Assembly (NCBI GenBank): GCA_965261975.1 | Contig: CBDHEC010000046.1 | Span: 33,848 to 97,847 of the forward strand | Source of the DNA: Alphaproteobacteria bacterium | GTDB taxonomy: Bacteria; Pseudomonadota; Alphaproteobacteria; UBA6615 | Direction of reading: 5' to 3' | Length of the DNA: 64,000 nt | Part shown: positions 59,902 through 64,000 of the stretch, piece by piece | How the letters are laid out: each line of letters begins with the position of its first letter | Position numbering within the stretch: position 1 is the stretch's first letter | The notes under the pieces: generated by a model | What the model was told of the DNA's origin: nothing | Seen by the model: the letters and a program-made list of their open reading frames with translations, nothing else | Database searches by the model: none | Translations under genes and position numbers: made by a program

Positions 59902-61429
59902 CTACTTCTGGAGCACTACCCGGCGGTAGCTAAGGGCTTCGGCAATGTAGTGCCTCGCGATCGAGGCCTCCGGAGGGGGCGAATTTTCTACATCTAAATC
60001 TGCTAATGTACGGGCCACCCGCAGCACCCGGTGATAGCCCCGGGCCGACAGTTTCAGCTTCTCCGCCGCCTGCTTCATCAGATCGCGTCCGTCGGCGTCC
60101 GGCGTGGCGACGGATTCGAGCAATTTCCCATCCGCTTCGGCATTCGTGAGCGCGTCGGTGCCGGCATAGCGTTTGGCCTGAATGGCACGCGCCCTGGCGA
60201 CCCGGGCGGCGACTTCCGCGCTGCCCTCCGCGGGTGGTGGCAGGGTGAGGTCGGCCGCGGAGACCGTCGGGACGTCCACGAAGAGGTCTATGCGGTCCAG
60301 CAGGGGCCCGGAAAGCCGCGCCTGGTAGTCTGTGGCGCATTTCGGCGCCCTCGAGCAGGCGAGGCCGGGATCGTCCAAATGTCCGCATCGGCAGGGGTTC
60401 ATGGCCGCAATCAGCTGAAAACGTGCGGGATAGGCAACGTGGCGGTTGGCCCGGGCGACGACCGCGCGACCGGTTTCCAGCGGCTGGCGCAGGGATTCGA
60501 GCGTTTGCCGGCTGAATTCCGGCAATTCGTCGAGAAACAGGACACCGCGGTGAGAGAGGGACACCTCGCCCGGTTTCGCCCTCGTACCGCCGCCCACGAG
60601 CGCTGCAAGGGACGCGGAGTGGTGTGGGTCGCGGAACGGCCGCGTCGTCATCAGCCCGCCCTCGGGCAGCGTGCCGGAGATGGAGTGAATCATCGAAACC
60701 TCGAGGGTCTCGGCCGGTGACAATGGCGGAAGGATGCCGGGCAGGCGCTGGGCGAGCATCGATTTACCGGCGCCCGGGGGGCCCGAAAGGAGCAAATTGT
60801 GGCCCCCGGCCGCCGCGATTTCGAGCGCTCTTTTGGCAGATTCCTGGGCCTTTATGTCGATTAGATCCGGGTATGACTGGGTAGGGTCATACCGTAGTAC
60901 TTTGGGTGGCGACAGCAACTGGGCGCCCTTGAGGTGGTTGACCAGTGCCAGCATGTCCGGTGCGGCCAGAATCTCGAGATCGCCGGCCCAGGCAGCCCTC
61001 GCCCCCCTGTGCTGCGGGGCAGATCAGCCCGCGATCGCGGGCCGAGGCGTCGATCGCGGCCGGCAGGACGCCCGATACGGTCGCCAGCGCCCCATCGAGG
61101 GCCAGTTCGCCCAATGCGGTGTACTGAGCCAGCAGGTCGTCCGGCACGACCCCCATGGCGGCCAAAAGCCCCAATGCGATGGGCAAATCATAGTGACTGC
61201 CTTCCTTGGCCAGATCCGCCGGGGCCAGATTGACCGTTATTCGCTTGGGCGGCAGTGAAAGGCCCAGCGCCTGGAGGGCGGCGCGCACCCGTTCGCGGGA
61301 TTCGCCGACCGCCTTGTCGGGCAGGCCGACGATGGTGAAGGCGGGGAGCCCGGCGCCCATCTGGACCTGGACGTCCACATCGACCACGTCCACGCCCTGG
61401 AAGGCGACCGTATTGACGTGTGCGACCAT
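59902..61429 (-). CDS. comM: YifB/ComM Mg-chelatase-like AAA+ helicase, with one apparent frameshift near 60996-60998
   Basis: VGLPDKAVGESRERVR, NLAPADLAKEGSHYDL, GPPGAGKSM, FLDELPEF, AAMNPC; removing one C restores GGEAAWAGDLEILAAP. Confidence 0.93.
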
Positions 61430-61510
61430 GATGCCCTCGTCGATCCCCTCTCCGATCCCGCGTCTGCAGACCGTTCGGGCAGCGACGATAGCGGGTTTGA
61501 CGAGCCATTA

Positions 61511-61525
61511 GAACAAAAAATGAAC
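61511..61525. promoter_or_regulatory. Alphaproteobacterial LexA (SOS) box upstream of comM
   Basis: GAAC-AAAAAAT-GAAC (GTTC-N7-GTTC on the comM strand), ~80 bp upstream of the ATG. Confidence 0.8.
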
Positions 61526-61738
61526 AAATAACCCCGATTGTCACGGTATACCGGTAGAGCCATACCGTTAACAAAAAGTAATACGCTATTGTTTTTCCAG
61601 GATAATAGCCCATTAAAAAGTAGTACAATATCAGGCCTGTTGGCCTGGCCGGGGAATCGCGATTCCGGCCCCGGCGCGCCTGAAAATGCGGCCGTTAGCG
61701 GTGTTTTCGGGCGGGTTTTCGGCCGGCAGGGGCCGCCC

Positions 61739-62597
61739 CTAGAACCCGAAAAGTTCCGCTGGATTGTCGACCAGGATCTTCTTGCGCAGGGCCTCGTCCG
61801 GGGCCCAGTCGAGCAGCAGGTCGAGGAGGTCGCCGTCATTGGGCATTTCCTCGTAATGATCCGGATGGGGCCAATCCGAGCCCCACATCACGCGCTCGGG
61901 CGCACGTTCGATCAACGCCCTGGCGAACGGATGGGTGTCCGAATAGGGCGGGCGGGGTTCTTGCGAGAACCGCATGGGCCCGAAATCTTGACCCAGCAGC
62001 GCCCGGTGTCGATGCAGTCGAGCACCGTCCTGAAGCCCGGCGCGTCTATGCCCAGTTCGGCGGGCTGCCAACCCATATGGTCGATCACGAAATTGCCCGG
62101 CGAGGCGAGCATGGTCTCGCGCCAGTCCGCCGCCTCGTCGGGGCCGCGGAACCAGAATTGCGGGTGCCAGCCGAACTCGTGGGTGCGCGCGATGATGTCG
62201 GTGTTGATCTCGGGATTGGCCCGATAGGCAAACCGCGCGCCGACGACGCCGGCCCTGGTCAGGATCTCGAGCTCGCGATCGGTGATGTCGGGGCGGGCAG
62301 GGCGATGCCCCGCAGGCGCTCGGGCTCGCGCGACAGGGCGTGGAGCAGATATTCATAGGTATTCCCCTGGACGACCGAATGCACGATCACACCGCGCTCG
62401 ATTCCGAGGGTTTTGTGCATCTTCAGCATGTCGTCGAGGGTCGAATCCTCGACCAGCAGCGGCGCGTCGGGATGGTAGGGGAAGCGCTTGCCGGGGCCGT
62501 AGAGGTGAAAATGGGTATCCGTCGCGCCCGGCGGTGTCTTGAGCCTGGGTGTCTTGGTGTCGCGTTGCGGCGGCGGCGACTTCTTGCGTTCGGTCAT
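61739..62597 (-). CDS. Amidohydrolase_2 family protein (LigI/lactonase-like) with two apparent frameshifts (~62290, ~61978)
   Basis: DTHFHLYGP, VIDHMG, WVKISGP, WGSDWPH, LVDNPAELFGF spread over successive frames. Confidence 0.85.
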
Positions 62598-62716
62598 GGT
62601 CGTCGGCTTTCCCTGTTTGGACGTGATGGGATCACGATTGAATCTTTTCGCCACCGGCGCAATAATGCGCCCACAAGTGCGTACGAAAACGAGACGCCAC
62701 AAACGGGGAGAAGACG

Positions 62717-63299
62717 ATGAACGCCATTGCGAAAATGCCGAAGACGGCTAAGGAACGCGGGAAGGTCGCGCCGGCCAAGTTCGCGCATGTGGTGTTGCGC
62801 ACCCGCCCGAGCGTGTCGGCATGGTGCTGGACTGGTACAAGAAGGTGCTCGAAGGCGAGGCGATGTTCGAGACGGACGGCTTCGGTTTCGTGACCTATGA
62901 CACCGAGCACCACCGGGTTGCGGTGCTGGGTTTCCCCGGCATCAAGGAGCATATCGACGGCCACGCGGGCATGCACCACATGGCCTTCACATATTCGGAC
63001 CTGACCGACCTGATGTTCACCTATAACCGGCTGAAGGACGAACACGACATCAAGCCGAATTCTGCATCAACCACGGCCCGACCACGTCGATGTATTATTT
63101 TGACCCGGACAAGAACCAGGTCGAGCTGCAGGTCGACAATATCCCGGTCGAGAAGTTCGCCGAGTATTTCGACAACGGCGAGTTCACGGCGAACCCCATC
63201 GGCATCAAGTTCGACCCCGACGAGCTGTCGGCGCGGCTTGCCGCGGGCGAGCCCGAGGAAGTTCTGCTCCAGCGCCCCGACGGCATCCCGCGGACCTGA
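62717..63299 (+). CDS. VOC (glyoxalase/extradiol dioxygenase-like) family protein with apparent frameshifts (~62815, ~63058)
   Basis: KFAHVVLRT, YDTEHHRVA, HHMAFTY, CINHGPTTSMYYFDPDKNQVELQVDN across frames. Confidence 0.82.
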
Positions 63300-63345
63300 C
63301 CGAGTTCCCGGCGAACTAGGGTCGTCTGGCAATCTCAGAAACCGG

Positions 63346-63371
63346 AAGGGCGGGTCTCGACCCGCCCTTTT
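63346..63371. terminator. Hairpin terminator between the convergent VOC and gshB genes
   Basis: AAGGGCGGGTC-tc-GACCCGCCCTT followed by TT. Confidence 0.8.
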
Positions 63372-63396
63372 ACGTTTCCCCGCCTGTGCCGCGCGG

Positions 63397-64000
63397 TCAG
63401 TCCGCCTGGTCCGTGCGCCGCGCCTCGATGGCGTCCCAGATCAGGGCCGAGAGGTTGACCCCGTCGAACCGGTCGATCTCCTGAATGCCCGTGGGCGAGG
63501 TGACGTTGATCTCGGTCAGGTAGTCGCCGATGACGTCGATGCCGACGAAGATCAGCCCCTTGTCCTTCAGTGATCGGGCCGATGGCGGCGCAGATCTCTG
63601 CTTCCCGCGGGGTGAGCACCGATTCTTCTCGGCCCGGCCGCCGACATGCATGTTGGACGCGGGCGTCGCCCGTCCGCCGGCACCCGGTTGATGGCGCCGG
63701 ACCGGCTCGCCGTCGACCAGGATGATGCGCTTGTCGCCCAGGCGCACCTCCGGCAGGTAGCGCTGCACGATGATCGGCTCGCGGCTAGATGTCGGTGAAC
63801 ATCTCCAGCACCACGAATTCGAGGTTCTCGTCGTCGGGCTTGATGTGGAATACGCCCGCGCCGCCGTTGCCGTATAGCGGCTTGATGATGATGTCCTTGT
63901 GTTCCAGGCGCGAAACTCCTTGATCTCCTCGCGGGTCCGAGGTGATCAGCGTCGGCGGCATGACGCCGTCGAAGTGGGTGACGAACAGCTTCTCCGGCGC
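63397..64000 (-). CDS. gshB: Glutathione synthetase, 3' part, with several apparent frameshifts
   Basis: [55 protein letters not shown]. Confidence 0.92.

Noticed and set aside
60996-60998. Programmed frameshift or phase variation in comM
   Set aside because: Run too short, no slippery heptamer, and neighbouring genes show the same error type
61568-61582. CtrA box near the comM promoter or in oriC
   Set aside because: Only a TTAA half site; no TTAA-N7-TTAA
1-64000. CRISPR arrays, tRNA/rRNA genes, DGR or retron elements
   Set aside because: No regularly spaced repeats, cloverleaf signatures or reverse transcriptase motifs seen by eye

Overview
High-GC alphaproteobacterial chromosome segment (Rhodospirillales-like gene order) spanning the probable replication origin. 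oriC lies between hemE and the PEP-synthase-regulator/maf/aroE/coaE/dnaQ operon (~31.04-31.48 kb). Two perfect parS palindromes flank mnmG next to rsmG-parA-parB. Most of the window is core housekeeping: cenR, ribA, yggS, major porin, leuS-lptE-holA, mnmE, rho, hemJHE, secB, fxsA, Tim44, mltA, lutABC, hslUV, his operon, panBC, comM, gshB. Scattered accessory genes include BCCT and MFS transporters, a JmjC oxygenase, a cNMP-FHA protein, TauD, a thiolase plus P450, VIT1, a haem-c histidine kinase, an amidohydrolase and a VOC protein. I saw no rRNA, tRNA, CRISPR array, integrase or transposase. The main unexplained signal is two clusters of AT/TA-rich islets (19.5-22.75 kb around parS, and 58.0-61.65 kb around comM). 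They override codon bias inside conserved genes and carry a recurrent GTAGTRC heptamer, which suggests a DNA-level binding-site system near the origin (hypothesis only). Other notable items are an in-frame chimeric ORF at the left edge, a structured porin leader, PhaR-like boxes at panB and a LexA box at comM. Frameshifts after ~61 kb look like sequencing errors. All motif counts are by eye.
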